A stretch of 64,000 nucleotides of DNA from Alphaproteobacteria bacterium (GTDB lineage: Bacteria; Pseudomonadota; Alphaproteobacteria; RF32; CAG-239). The translations under genes and the position numbers were made by a program. Every line of letters begins with the position of its first letter. The stretch's first letter is position 1. The notes below the pieces were generated by a model, which did not search any database, had not been told where the DNA came from, and was given only the letters and a program-made list of their open reading frames with translations. Below are positions 30,253-40,582 of the stretch, piece by piece. The stretch covers positions 1,074 through 65,073 of the forward strand of contig JAFVFB010000034.1 of the NCBI GenBank assembly GCA_017475705.1. Direction: 5' to 3'.

Positions 30253-30825
30253 TTATTTGGTATTATGCATACCCACAACGTTTGAATAATGAGCAATACC
30301 TTTTTTGATTAATTCATTGATTGTTTCTGCAACAAAATCCAACCGTTCTTCTAAAACTTCCATTTCTGCTTTTGAAAAGCGTGATAGTACAAAACTTATG
30401 GTGTCTGTGTTGTGTTCTTTAGGTGAGCCGGCACCGATGCGGATACGATTATATTCAGGACCAATTTGAGAATCGATATTTTTAATGCCATTATGACCGC
30501 CAGCAGAACCGCCCGTTTTTGCTTTTATTTTGCCTAAAGCCAAGTCTTTATCGTCATGTATAACAATAATATTTTGGGGCTCTATTTTATAAAAGCTGGC
30601 TACTTTGTTGACTGCATTACCAGATAAGTTCATGAATGTTTGTGGCTTTAGCAGTAAAACTTTTTCACCATCAATATTGCCTTCAGCAATTAGTCCTTCA
30701 AATTTATTTTTATAGGGTTGGAACTTATAGCGGCTGAAGATCTTATCAGCCGCCATAAAACCAATATTGTGGCGGGTTTTAGCGTATTCTTCACCAGGAT
30801 TTCCAAGACCAACCACTAAGAACAT
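30253..30825 (-). CDS. pth: Peptidyl-tRNA hydrolase
   Basis: MFLVVGLGNPGEEYAKTRHNIGF... is the canonical Pth N-terminus. Confidence 0.95.
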   Translation of the reverse strand: MFLVVGLGNPGEEYAKTRHNIGFMAADKIFSRYKFQPYKNKFEGLIAEGNIDGEKVLLLKPQTFMNLSGNAVNKVASFYKIEPQNIIVIHDDKDLALGKIKAKTGGSAGGHNGIKNIDSQIGPEYNRIRIGAGSPKEHNTDTISFVLSRFSKAEMEVLEERLDFVAETINELIKKGIAHYSNVVGMHNTK

Positions 30826-30835
30826 TGTTTATGCC

Positions 30836-31126
30836 TTATTTACGCATAAAATCAACGTGAACAGGCATGTCTGTTACTGGATGAAATTGGACATCTTTGC
30901 AAATCACCTTTTCATTTTTTTTGCCAAGTGAAATGACAATTGTTGATTTGTAAAAATCTGCCAAGTCTAAAGCTTTTTCAAGCTCAACCGGATGAAGGCT
31001 AATGTTTACAGCATCTTTTTTACCACCGTAAATTACTGCAGGAATACGGCCTTCTCTACGACATGCACGAGCTGCCCCCTTACCTGCTTTTTCACGCAAC
31101 ATTGCATTAAATGTAATATCTGACAT
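30836..31126 (-). CDS. rplY: 50S ribosomal protein L25 (short form lacking the Ctc C-terminal domain)
   Basis: MSDITFNAMLREKAGKGAARACRREGRIPAVIYGG... The ATG at 31126 is preferred over the track start at 31165. It lies upstream of pth. Confidence 0.8.
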   Translation of the reverse strand: MSDITFNAMLREKAGKGAARACRREGRIPAVIYGGKKDAVNISLHPVELEKALDLADFYKSTIVISLGKKNEKVICKDVQFHPVTDMPVHVDFMRK

Positions 31127-31262
31127 TTTTTTATCCTTTATAATATTGTTGAATATCCTAAGCAACCTCCAGGGGTGTTGCCTAGTGGAAAGAATTATAT
31201 GTCAAAAAAATTATTTGTCAATTTTTATTTTAAAAGCCTGTATCGAATACATATCTTGCTTT

Positions 31263-32057
31263 TTAGCTCTTTTGGCTTTGTTCATATAAATGTTTGTCTC
31301 TTAAAAAACGTAATATGCCAAAGGGTATACTTAAAGCATATAGTGCGGTTAAAACGCCTAAAGTCAGCCAAGTTTGAGTAAATAAAAAGTGAGCAATAAT
31401 GGCTACAATTACCAATAATGGAATAGTCATTGATGGTTTTATTTTAGCCTTTTTTAAGGATATGGTTGGAATTTGGCTGGTTTCAAGGTAAAAAACTAAG
31501 CACATCCAAATACTGCAGAATAGGTGTGTTTTTAAGAACGGTTTTGTTTCTGCTAAATCAAATCCTAATAAAACAGGCATCATGACCATGGCAGCTGCCG
31601 CCGGAGCAGGAACGCCTGTAAAATAATGAGACCAGTATGGCGGAATGTTTTCATCTTCTAGCATGGTGTTAAAACGAGCTAAACGCATAGCCATACCCAT
31701 CGCATAGAGTAGGCAAAAAAACCATCCGATTTTGGGAAGGTCAAATAAACACCATTGATACATTAATATTGCTGGAGCTACACCAAAACAGAGAAAATCA
31801 CTTAGTGAATCTAGTTCGGCACCGAATTTGGAGGAGGCCTTAAGCATACGTGCGACTCTGCCATCTAAACCATCAAAAAGGGCGGCTAAGAAGATAAAAA
31901 GTACTGCTTTGCCCCAATTTTCGCCAATGGCATAGCGGATGGATGTCATACCAGAACATAGAGCAAGCATCGTGACAATATTGGGTACGAGCTTACGAAA
32001 AGGCATTTCCGAAAGCTTGTTTTTGGAAAATGGTAATTTCCCAGTTTGTTTTTTCAT
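31263..32057 (-). CDS. pssA: CDP-diacylglycerol--serine O-phosphatidyltransferase
   Basis: The CDP-alcohol phosphatidyltransferase motif is DGLDGRVARMLKASSKFGAELDSLSD, set in a multi-TM protein. The ATG at 32057 follows GAAAGGAAAAAATT. Confidence 0.85.
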   Translation of the reverse strand: MKKQTGKLPFSKNKLSEMPFRKLVPNIVTMLALCSGMTSIRYAIGENWGKAVLFIFLAALFDGLDGRVARMLKASSKFGAELDSLSDFLCFGVAPAILMYQWCLFDLPKIGWFFCLLYAMGMAMRLARFNTMLEDENIPPYWSHYFTGVPAPAAAAMVMMPVLLGFDLAETKPFLKTHLFCSIWMCLVFYLETSQIPTISLKKAKIKPSMTIPLLVIVAIIAHFLFTQTWLTLGVLTALYALSIPFGILRFLRDKHLYEQSQKS

Positions 32058-32246
32058 AATTTTTTCCTTTCTTAAATAAAGCATATACCGAAACGCTGTT
32101 TCTGCCGTATATGCTGTGTTTTTTAAGTGTCCAGAGGTGCGCTGCAGCAACTGAACGAAAAAATTGTACTAGGAAATAAAAAAAATACAAGTTTTATGTT
32201 GCAATTATATTTTTTTGTTTGTATAAAGTCGGTGTTGTGTGATTTT

Positions 32247-32333
32247 GCGCTTGTGGCGGAACTGGTAGACGCTGCAGACTTAAAATCTGTTGGGAGCAAT
32301 CCCGTGCCGGTTCGATTCCGGCCTAGCGCACCA
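32247..32333 (+). tRNA. trnL: tRNA-Leu (anticodon TAA), CCA end encoded
   Basis: GCGCTTGTGGCGGAACTGGTAGACGCTGCAGACTTAAAATCTGT...GCCGGTTCGATTCCGGCCTAGCGCACCA. It has a long variable arm, anticodon loop CTTAAAA, and one U-U mismatch in the acceptor stem. Confidence 0.9.
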
Positions 32334-32341
32334 ATAAAAAA

Positions 32342-32366
32342 AGAGGTCTTTAGGGCCTCTTTTTTG
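32342..32366 (+). terminator. Rho-independent terminator after tRNA-Leu
   Basis: AGAGGTC pairs with GGCCTCT across loop TTTAG and is followed by TTTTT. Confidence 0.7.
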
Positions 32367-32484
32367 TTAGTATAATTTTCTTATTGCCTTTGGGCAATTG
32401 TTAATACGTCAGTTTAATTGGTTGTAAAGTAATTTTATCTGAGTTACACTGCCGGTTGTATTAATATTTAATTGTGAGGAAAAT

Positions 32485-32793
32485 ATGAAAAAAATTCTAT
32501 TTTGTATGACAGCCTTATTTATGCTAGCTGGCTGTGAAAGTGTTTCTAAATATTCAACCGCAGATGCTAATGCTCCCGTTAAAACCAGAATGCGTGCGTG
32601 TTTGGTCAGCGAAGCAACAGCAAAATTTCAATCTGGTACACTATTTGCTAAAGGTCTTTCTGCTACCTCTGATGAACTTGTCACCATCTGTATGAAAAAA
32701 TTGGCTCTGCAATCATCCGGAATCAGTGCCGAATCACAATCGACTGCAGCGCAGATTATACAGAATTTGCAAAACTTTGGCACGGCAAATTAA
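32485..32793 (+). CDS. Small hypothetical lipoprotein
   Basis: MKKILFCMTALFMLAGCES gives a signal with a lipobox (LAGC). 102 aa. Confidence 0.55.
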   Translation: MKKILFCMTALFMLAGCESVSKYSTADANAPVKTRMRACLVSEATAKFQSGTLFAKGLSATSDELVTICMKKLALQSSGISAESQSTAAQIIQNLQNFGTAN

Positions 32794-32800
32794 AGAAAAT

Positions 32801-33145
32801 TTGAGCGTCTAATCGTCAATGGAGGCCTTATGGTAAAAATTCATGTACTCCTATGTACACTATAATTTTTACCAAAGGGCATTGACTTCTATCCATCTCA
32901 AATTTTCTTTAATTTCAATTGAGCGTCTAATCGTCAATGGAGGCCTTGTGGTAAAAATTCATGTACTCCTATGTACACTAAAATTTTTACCAAAGGGCAT
33001 TGACCTCTATTCATCTTAAATTTTCTTTAATTTCAATTGAGCGTCTAATTGTCGATGGAAGCCTTATGGCAAAAATTCATGGGCAACTTGTTGCCTCTTG
33101 GTGGATGTGCACTAAAATTTTTCTAAATCATTGTTGACATAATTG
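32801..33145. repeat. Tandem array (period 118 bp, two near-identical copies plus a diverged third) of a hairpin-forming intergenic repeat
   Basis: Units start with ttgagcgtctaat at 32801, 32919 and 33037. Each contains nested inverted repeats GTCAATG...CATTGAC, GGTAAAAATT...AATTTTTACC and TGTAC...GTACA. Confidence 0.9.
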
Positions 33146-33183
33146 CCAAAAAATGCTATAGTGTAACTGTTAAAGAAATTATT

Positions 33184-33666
33184 ATGGAAATTAAAGAAAG
33201 AACACTGGATTGGATAGGTTTTCTGGGTCCAGTGTTGTGTCTCGGCTTGGTGAGCTTTGAGGCACTCGGGAATGGTAATTGGTGGCCCCTGATGGTCACC
33301 ATAGTGTTAATTGGCTTGCTGATAATGATTAAGCCTTTGAGGGAGCTTGGGGACTATGCTTTTTCTATTGGCGCCTTGTCAGCGATGGCTACTGCAACTT
33401 TGCAGCTCGATTTGGTGCACGTCGCTGTGGTCATAGCTGTTGCCATAATGGCAGGTTACCATTTGGCACTGCAAGTCAGATTGTATGGTATATTGTATCG
33501 TACAGTGTTTGCGCTACTCTCAATTGTGGGATTATACCTACAATTGTTGGTACCAATTACACTGGAGTATTTCGGCGTAGCGATTTATTTCGCTTATGCT
33601 GTTTATTCCAGCTATTTAACCTATAAGCCTAGTCCTAGTGATTTCATGCTAAAGATTAAGGTGTAG
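33184..33666 (+). CDS. Hypothetical integral membrane protein (about 5 TM segments)
   Basis: 160-aa hydrophobic ORF followed by a terminator. By eye it looks more G+C-rich than its flanks. Confidence 0.5.
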   Translation: MEIKERTLDWIGFLGPVLCLGLVSFEALGNGNWWPLMVTIVLIGLLIMIKPLRELGDYAFSIGALSAMATATLQLDLVHVAVVIAVAIMAGYHLALQVRLYGILYRTVFALLSIVGLYLQLLVPITLEYFGVAIYFAYAVYSSYLTYKPSPSDFMLKIKV

Positions 33667-33671
33667 TTAAA

Positions 33672-33718
33672 AAGAGTTTCTTTTCTTCCTGTACAGGTGG
33701 AAAGAGACTCTTTTTTTG
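33672..33718 (+). terminator. Rho-independent terminator
   Basis: An imperfect long stem GAGTTTCTTTTC...GAAAGAGACTC is followed by TTTTTTT. Confidence 0.6.
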
Positions 33719-33811
33719 TGTGTTACTCTTTTGTGTAAACACATTGCAAAATTTTGCGGTTTTGCTACATTTATTGTGTAGTTTATATGGCAAAAGATAT
33801 TAGGGAGTTAA

Positions 33812-34567
33812 ATGTTCGTGAAAAGGTGGTTCTTATTAGGTATTCTTCTTTTGTGTGGCTGTCATAGTGTTTCTATTCCTGATACATTTAGCTACCGGCA
33901 TTTCAAAGCTGGAGAGTTTACTCTGGCGGGTTGGCAAAAGGAACTTTCGCCGCATGATTTTGTTAAAATTTATATTGAAGGAGATGGAGCTGCTTTTGAT
34001 GCGTATGGACAACCAACCTCTGACCCAACACCAAGAGGAATACTTATGCGTGAAATTGCATTTGGTGATAGCCATGATAATGTTTTATATTTGGCGCGCC
34101 CCTGCCAGTTTGTTCGTGATGAAAAGTGTCTGCAAAAATATTGGACAACAGCGCGCTTTGCGCCGGAAGTTGTTGAAGCGATGTCTCGGGTGATATCTAA
34201 AGTGTCTCACGGGCGTCCGGTGGTCTTAGTCGGATTTTCCGGTGGGGCACAGATTGCCGGCTTAGTTGCGGTTTTACATCCGAATTTAAAGGTTCGGCAA
34301 ATTATCACAATCGGCGGTAATTTAGATCATTCGGCATGGACTGCGTATCATCATTTGCCGGCATTGACACAATCGTTAAATTTAGCTGATTATAAAGAAG
34401 CCTTTCAGAAAATTCGGCAGACCCATTATGTGGGGGAAAAAGATGATATTATTCCGCCTTTTTTAATCCGAGAGTTTGCTGCTCAGGAAACTATTGTTGA
34501 TGTTAAAGGAGCGCAACATAGTCAAGGATGGGATGCTATTTATCCTTTTGTTAGATTTGCAGATTGA
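33812..34567 (+). CDS. Alpha/beta-hydrolase-like lipoprotein
   Basis: The signal has a lipobox (LLLCGC), and the nucleophile-elbow-like motif is GFSGGAQIAG. Confidence 0.5.
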   Translation: MFVKRWFLLGILLLCGCHSVSIPDTFSYRHFKAGEFTLAGWQKELSPHDFVKIYIEGDGAAFDAYGQPTSDPTPRGILMREIAFGDSHDNVLYLARPCQFVRDEKCLQKYWTTARFAPEVVEAMSRVISKVSHGRPVVLVGFSGGAQIAGLVAVLHPNLKVRQIITIGGNLDHSAWTAYHHLPALTQSLNLADYKEAFQKIRQTHYVGEKDDIIPPFLIREFAAQETIVDVKGAQHSQGWDAIYPFVRFAD

Positions 34568-36453
34568 TTTTGCTCTTCTTCGGAGTGTCCTTGCAGATTG
34601 TGGAGGAATTGATTTTCAATCCTTAAATATTGATCTAAGAGCCATCGTGAGCGGAATACGAAGAATATTGTGAGGACAACTAAGAACAATGTTAGGCGTG
34701 GATTTTCGCTTAAAAATTTGTGGACCACTGTCACGATAAAGAATGAAGAGACCAAAATTCGAAAGCTGGTTAAAATTATTAAAGGCAATCGATTTGCCTT
34801 TTTTGCTATCCACAGTTTATGGTAAATGCGAGATACTTGATTTTTATCAGCAAAAAAATTGCGTAGGCGTGTTGTTTTACCATCAATAGCTGTTTTAATT
34901 GTTTCAACCTTTTGAGCCGTTTTGCCTTCTTTTTCAGTTTTGTTTTCGGTCTTTTTTTGTGGCCATAACCAAGATAATTTATTCTTAATAAATTTGCTGG
35001 TTAAGATATTCCAACCGATGAGTGCTTTCAAAAAGGGGGACATAATCAGCAATGTTCCTGTTGTCATTACAATGTTGGCGGGAATACGGTAGGGGATAAT
35101 TTCTCGTATAAATGGACGTACTGCTGAGGCCAAAACAATGATACTGTATAAGATGACGGAAAATAAGGTTAAACGGAGAAGGTAATTTTTAAATAATGCA
35201 CTCCATAACCTTTCTTCACTGTGTGTTACAGTGGCACTGGAAGAATATTTATTAATGTAAGAAAGCCATGATTCCGGTAGATTTTGATTTAAGAATTTGT
35301 AAGCTTTATCAGCTGATTTTATCATCATTGGGGTAATGAAGGTGGTGATGACGGATACTGCTACAATAATCGGATATACCTTATCTGATAATACGCCTAA
35401 GCTCATACCAAGGGTGGCAATAATAAAAGCAAATTCGCCTACTTGTGCGAGAGAAAAAGCTCCTGATACAGCGGTTTTGAGATTTTGTCCGGAGGTCACA
35501 AATCCCAGCATCGAAAAAGTCGTAATACCACAAAGGACGATTAGCGTGATAACGATAATCGGCTTGGCATAGGTGATAATCATCATCGGGTCGACCATCA
35601 TACCGACGGATACGAAAAAAACAGCACCAAAAAAGTCTTTTAGAGGACGAAGATTTTTTTCAATACGTCCAATCAATTCCGTTTCAGATAAAATTGAACC
35701 CATTAAAAAAGCACCCAGTGCTGAGGAAAAACCAGAAGACGTTGCTAGTAAAACCATACCAAAACATAGGCTAACAGTAATTAAAAGCAGCATTTCATCG
35801 GTAAGGAGATTTTGTATTTTATTTAAAAAGGTGGGAACAAGGTAAATTCCTGTAGTAAAACAAAGAATTAGGAAGAAAATGAGTTTTAATACGCTTAGTC
35901 CAAGAGCTATGCCATCAATGCTGCTTCCCATGGCAATGGTTGGTAATAGGACGAGCATTAAAATACCCATTAAATCCTCGACAATTAAAACGCCGAAAAC
36001 TAAATCTGTAAATTTTTGTTTTTTGATATTTAAATCATTAAAAGCTTTGATAATAATGGTTGTTGAAGACATAGATATCATTGAACCGAGGAAAAAGCTA
36101 TCCATGGTAGACCAGCCCAATAACAATCCTGTATTATAGCCTAAAAAAAGCATGAAAATAATGTTTGCATTAGCGGTTATCATGGCGGCTTTACCGACAT
36201 TGAGCATTTTTTTGAAGCTAAACTCAAGCCCAAGGCCGAATAGTAGAAAAATTATGCCAATGTCTGCCCATAGTGTAACATCTTCTTTGTTGCTGATGGT
36301 GGGTAATAAGCTGAAATAGGGACCAGCGAAAATACCGGCTAAGACATATCCTAATACAAGCGGTTGTTTTAATTTTTTACAAAGTAAAGTGGTAATACCG
36401 GCATAGATAGTTATTAGCGTCAAGTCCACAATGAGCGAATTGATTGAGTGCAT
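34540..36453 (-). CDS. CPA2-family monovalent cation:proton antiporter (Kef/NapA-like) with an extra C-terminal membrane region
   Basis: The N-terminus LKQPLVLGYVLAGIFAGP and about 12 TM segments are typical of the Na+/H+ exchanger family. 637 aa. Confidence 0.75.
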   Translation of the reverse strand: MHSINSLIVDLTLITIYAGITTLLCKKLKQPLVLGYVLAGIFAGPYFSLLPTISNKEDVTLWADIGIIFLLFGLGLEFSFKKMLNVGKAAMITANANIIFMLFLGYNTGLLLGWSTMDSFFLGSMISMSSTTIIIKAFNDLNIKKQKFTDLVFGVLIVEDLMGILMLVLLPTIAMGSSIDGIALGLSVLKLIFFLILCFTTGIYLVPTFLNKIQNLLTDEMLLLITVSLCFGMVLLATSSGFSSALGAFLMGSILSETELIGRIEKNLRPLKDFFGAVFFVSVGMMVDPMMIITYAKPIIVITLIVLCGITTFSMLGFVTSGQNLKTAVSGAFSLAQVGEFAFIIATLGMSLGVLSDKVYPIIVAVSVITTFITPMMIKSADKAYKFLNQNLPESWLSYINKYSSSATVTHSEERLWSALFKNYLLRLTLFSVILYSIIVLASAVRPFIREIIPYRIPANIVMTTGTLLIMSPFLKALIGWNILTSKFIKNKLSWLWPQKKTENKTEKEGKTAQKVETIKTAIDGKTTRLRNFFADKNQVSRIYHKLWIAKKANRLPLIILTSFRILVSSFFIVTVVHKFLSENPRLTLFLVVLTIFFVFRSRWLLDQYLRIENQFLHNLQGHSEEEQNQSANLTKG

Positions 36454-36730
36454 TTGTTTTTCCTATGTGCTGAATGATGATTTAAATCTGGGGAGTAATG
36501 TAGTTGATATATATTTATGTTTGGTTAATGATAAGAAAGAAGAGGCCTTTTTTCTGATTTAAATTCATTTTCGGAGCGGATAAGCTGATGAAAGAGGATA
36601 CTGTTGGCTGTTTGAAAAAATTAAAGCAGCAAGCGATACCATTAAAATTGGGAAATCTTTGCTGCTTTTCATATTTTATTTGGCTATTTAAAATGGTTGT
36701 AGGCCGTTGCCTAATGTGGTATTTTCTTTG

Positions 36731-36946
36731 TTAAGCGATGATGTTTGGATTTATCAGCGTTTCTATTTTTTGAATTTTGCTTTTAACGCTGGTGTTTTGG
36801 CGATTTAGTTGCTGTGCCTGATAAAAGTCAATCATTTGTTTGTTTTTGACTAATTTTTTTATATCAGATTTGACTCTTCTTTCTTCAAGCTTCAGTTCAC
36901 ACAGTTGCACTTGAAGTTTGTTGAAAGCGTTGTTATTAATAGCCAT
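36731..36946 (-). CDS. Small hypothetical coiled-coil protein
   Basis: 71-aa ORF rich in K, Q and E heptad-like sequence. The family is not recognised. Confidence 0.3.
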   Translation of the reverse strand: MAINNNAFNKLQVQLCELKLEERRVKSDIKKLVKNKQMIDFYQAQQLNRQNTSVKSKIQKIETLINPNIIA

Positions 36947-37158
36947 TGTCCTGTTACTCCATAAAGCGTTTGTGCCGCTTGTGCGATTCTCATTTTCTGC
37001 GCACAGTATACTCTATTTTTTGTTTAAAAGCAAGTAAATTTGCAGCAAATATTAAAAAAAATAGTGAAAAAGATGAAAATGTATTGGCAATATTTAAATT
37101 ATCAGGTATCAATGCCTCATCAATTATTTAATCTAGACTAATATAAGGATAACAAGGT

Positions 37159-38238
37159 ATGACAAATATTCAAAAAATCGGTATTCTTACCAGCGGTGGC
37201 GATTGTGCCGGTCTGAACGCTGTTGTCGCGTCAGTTGTTCGTTCAGCGGCAAAGTATGGCTGGGAAGTTTATGGGATTCATAATGGAACAGATGGATTAA
37301 CAGAATCTCCGTTGTCTTATGAAATTCTAACAGAACGAAACTTTGCAGATTCCCCATGGCCGCGGTTGGCTGGTTCATACCTCGGTTCTCTTAATAAAGG
37401 GGTTAAAATGGAGTCACAATTGGCTGTTTCCGAACGCTTTGGCAAAGGTGTTGAAACACTGGGATTAGATGCTGTTGTGGTTGTTGGGGGTGATGGCAGT
37501 ATGAATATTGTTAGCAACTATTGCCATAATGCAGGGGTTAAAATGGTCGGTATTCCTAAAACAATTGATAATGATACCCCATTAACACAATATTCTGTCG
37601 GATTTAATTCAGCTTGTCAGGTTTGTGTTGATGCTATTGATGCTTTGTGGAAAACAGCTCGCTCGCATCAGCGTGCTCTTATCTTGGAAGTTATGGGGCG
37701 TGATACCGGTCATCTCGCGATGCATTCTGCTGTGGCTGGCTTTGCAGATGTTTGTTTGGTACCAGAAATTCCTTACAGTATAGAAGGTATTATCAATAAA
37801 TTGAAAAGCATTAAAGCTTCAGGACGGAATCACGCTATTATTGTTGTTTCTGAAGGCGTGCACACCGAAACTGGTGAAATGGTTTCTAGTACGAAGAATC
37901 TTATTGGTGAAAAAATTAATGGAGGTATAGGGGAATACTTAAGTGCTGCCCTTAATGCAAAATATTCAGAGTTTCAGACTCGTGTTACAAAGCTTGGTCA
38001 TGTACAGCGTGCTGGTGACCCAACAGCTTTTGACCGTGCTTTGGCTTCTGCTTTTGGCGCTCGTGCTGTTGAACTGCTTAAAGAGGGACATACAGATGTG
38101 ATGGTTGCGCTTGATGGCGATATTATTAGTACATATCCTCTAGAAAAAGTTGTCTCTTGTGGTACAACGCAGCTTTCTAAAGATAGTGTTTATGTTAAAG
38201 CAGCTGTCGAAACAGGAATGTATATTGGAGAAATTTAG
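37159..38238 (+). CDS. pfkA: 6-phosphofructokinase
   Basis: GILTSGGDCAGLNAVV, VVVGGDGSMN, GIPKTIDND and MGRDTGHLA are canonical PFK motifs. Confidence 0.9.
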   Translation: MTNIQKIGILTSGGDCAGLNAVVASVVRSAAKYGWEVYGIHNGTDGLTESPLSYEILTERNFADSPWPRLAGSYLGSLNKGVKMESQLAVSERFGKGVETLGLDAVVVVGGDGSMNIVSNYCHNAGVKMVGIPKTIDNDTPLTQYSVGFNSACQVCVDAIDALWKTARSHQRALILEVMGRDTGHLAMHSAVAGFADVCLVPEIPYSIEGIINKLKSIKASGRNHAIIVVSEGVHTETGEMVSSTKNLIGEKINGGIGEYLSAALNAKYSEFQTRVTKLGHVQRAGDPTAFDRALASAFGARAVELLKEGHTDVMVALDGDIISTYPLEKVVSCGTTQLSKDSVYVKAAVETGMYIGEI

Positions 38239-38326
38239 AGAAAAGATGTGTGTTAATTGTCGATGAAGTGCAATAAGAGGCAACTGATCAGCTTATAAAT
38301 AAGCAAAATGTGTAAGTTAAAGCTTA

Positions 38327-38365
38327 TAAAAAAACCCGCCGGCTAAGCCAGCGGGTTTCTTTTTG
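38327..38365. terminator. Bidirectional rho-independent terminator between convergent pfk and pnp
   Basis: AACCCGCCGGC (38333-38343) pairs with GCCAGCGGGTT (38347-38357). An A-run lies upstream and a T-rich run downstream. Confidence 0.8.
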
Positions 38366-38383
38366 TACGTATGACGCCTGATT

Positions 38384-40498
38384 TTAAGCATCTTCACCAG
38401 TTTCTTGGTTGACGCGTTTGGCAGAGAGTTTAATCTTGCCACGGTTGTCTGTGCCAAGGCACTTAACCCAAATGCTGTCACCTTCTTTGTAGAAATCACA
38501 AACAGAGGCAATCCGCTCGTTTTTGATTTCAGAAATGTGAACCAGACCTTCAGTCGAGCCGAGGAAACGGACAAATGCACCAAAATCCATAATTTTAGTA
38601 ATTACACCATGGTAGTTTTTACCTTCTTCAGGAACAGCCACAATGCCATTGATTATTTCAAGTGCAGCGTCAGCATCTTTTTTATCAATTGCTGCAACAT
38701 TTACTGTTCCATCATCATCAATATCAATCTTAGTATTGGTTTTCTCGATAATTTCACGAATAACTTTTCCACCAGTACCGATTACTTCGCGGATTTTATC
38801 TACCGGAATTTTGATTGAAATAATTCTTGGTGCACGTGCAGAAACTTCTTCTCTAGGTGCTGCAATGGCCTTTGCCATTTCACCTAAAATGTGAATACGG
38901 CCGGCATGCGCTTGTGTGAGAGCGTTTTGCATAATTTCTTTGGTGATAGATGTGATTTTAATATCCATCTGCAGTGCTGTTACACCATCACTGGTTCCGG
39001 CTACCTTGAAATCCATATCTCCAAGGTGGTCTTCATCTCCTAAGATATCGGTTAAAATTGCAACACGACCGTCATCTTCTTTGATAAGTCCCATAGCAAT
39101 GCCGGCTACAGGTTTTTTCAAAGGTACACCTGCGTCCATTAAAGATAAAACAGAACCGCATACCGTTGCCATTGAAGATGAACCATTCGATTCCATAATA
39201 TCTGATACAACACGAATCGTGTAGGGGAATTTAGATTTTTCTTTAGGCATCATTGGGTGAATGGCACGCCAAGCTAATTTACCATGCCCAATTTCGCGGC
39301 GGCCAGGAGAACCCAAACGGCCACATTCACCAGTTGAAAATGGTGGAAAATTGTAATTTAGCATAAAGTCTTGGCGAGCTTCTTCCATCAAACCATCGAT
39401 GATTTGAGAATCTTCGCCTGTCCCTAAAGTGGTTACGACTAAGGCTTGTGTTTCACCACGTGTAAACAGTGCAGATCCGTGAGTGGTTGGTAACAGGCCA
39501 ACTTCACAAGTTATCGGACGCACAGTCGTTGTGTCACGTCCATCAATACGTTTGCCAGTAGTGAGAACCTTTTCACGCATTACAGAATGCATCAATTTTT
39601 CGATTGCATCGAGAGCATAGCGTGTTTCAATCTCATTTTCTGGGTCAATCGTTGCGTTAACTTCAGCTTCCAGTTCACCTAAACGTGTAGAGCGTTTTTG
39701 TTTGTTAACTTCATTAAAAGCCTCTTCATATTTGGAGCGGAAGTCTTTTTCTATGCGTGTATACAGAGCATCAAACTCTGGTGGAAATGATGGCATTTCC
39801 CAAGGTTCTTTGCCGGCTTCTGCTTTGAGTTCATTTATCAAATCGATAACTTTTTGGAAGTTATTAAAGCCAAACATTACGGCATTTAACATCGTATCTT
39901 CCGGTAATTCATTAGCCTCAGATTCAACCATCAATACGCCTTCTTTTGTACCAGCAACGGTTAAATCTAATTCTGAATTTTTCAACTCTTCAATTGTCGG
40001 ATTCAAAACGTATTCGCCATTGATGTAGCCCACTATGGCTGCTGCAATTGGACCTAAAAAAGGAATTCCAGAAATAGCCAGTGCAGCAGAAGCAGCAACC
40101 ATTGCTAAAATATCAGAATCTGTTTTTTTATCGTGTGCAACAGTGGTACATACAATTTGTACTTCATTTTTGAATGCATCAGGAAAAAGTGGACGAATAG
40201 GTCTATCTATTAAGCGAGATACCAAAACCTCATGTTCAGAAGGTTTACCTTCACGTTTCATAAAGCCGCCAGGAATCTTACCTGTGGCATAATATTTTTC
40301 CTGATAATTGACAGTTAAAGGGAAAAAGTCCTGATCTGCTTTGGCTTCTTTTGCAGCTACAACCGTAGCAATAACAACGGTATCTCCATAGCTCGCATAA
40401 ACGGCTCCGGTAGCTTGTTTTGCAATTTTTCCTGTTTCTAAAACTAATTTGCGACCGCCCCATTCTATTTCTTTGCGGCACACGTTCCAATTGATCAT
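38384..40498 (-). CDS. pnp: Polyribonucleotide nucleotidyltransferase (PNPase)
   Basis: 704 aa with two RNase PH domains, then KH and S1 domains ([18 protein letters not shown]). Confidence 0.95.
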   Translation of the reverse strand: MINWNVCRKEIEWGGRKLVLETGKIAKQATGAVYASYGDTVVIATVVAAKEAKADQDFFPLTVNYQEKYYATGKIPGGFMKREGKPSEHEVLVSRLIDRPIRPLFPDAFKNEVQIVCTTVAHDKKTDSDILAMVAASAALAISGIPFLGPIAAAIVGYINGEYVLNPTIEELKNSELDLTVAGTKEGVLMVESEANELPEDTMLNAVMFGFNNFQKVIDLINELKAEAGKEPWEMPSFPPEFDALYTRIEKDFRSKYEEAFNEVNKQKRSTRLGELEAEVNATIDPENEIETRYALDAIEKLMHSVMREKVLTTGKRIDGRDTTTVRPITCEVGLLPTTHGSALFTRGETQALVVTTLGTGEDSQIIDGLMEEARQDFMLNYNFPPFSTGECGRLGSPGRREIGHGKLAWRAIHPMMPKEKSKFPYTIRVVSDIMESNGSSSMATVCGSVLSLMDAGVPLKKPVAGIAMGLIKEDDGRVAILTDILGDEDHLGDMDFKVAGTSDGVTALQMDIKITSITKEIMQNALTQAHAGRIHILGEMAKAIAAPREEVSARAPRIISIKIPVDKIREVIGTGGKVIREIIEKTNTKIDIDDDGTVNVAAIDKKDADAALEIINGIVAVPEEGKNYHGVITKIMDFGAFVRFLGSTEGLVHISEIKNERIASVCDFYKEGDSIWVKCLGTDNRGKIKLSAKRVNQETGEDA

Positions 40499-40528
40499 AT
40501 TTTTTACCTTTCCTTACAAAATACCTCA

Positions 40529-40582
40529 CCTGACAAAATGTCAGGATTTTGCAAATAGCGGAGCCCCATTGCTCCGCTATTT
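40529..40582 (-). promoter_or_regulatory. rpsO-pnp intercistronic hairpins (candidate rpsO attenuator and pnp leader processing structure)
   Basis: A perfect 12-bp stem, AAATAGCGGAGC (40553-40564) with GCTCCGCTATTT (40571-40582). A second 7-bp palindromic hairpin is CCTGACA AAA TGTCAGG (40529-40545). Confidence 0.5.

Noticed and set aside
32801-33145. A CRISPR array
   Set aside because: The repeats are 118 bp long and directly abut one another with no unique spacers. No cas genes are present in the window.
36946-37131. A 61-aa plus-strand ORF upstream of pfk
   Set aside because: It has a TTG start, no RBS and low-complexity sequence. It lies in what is probably the pfk promoter region.
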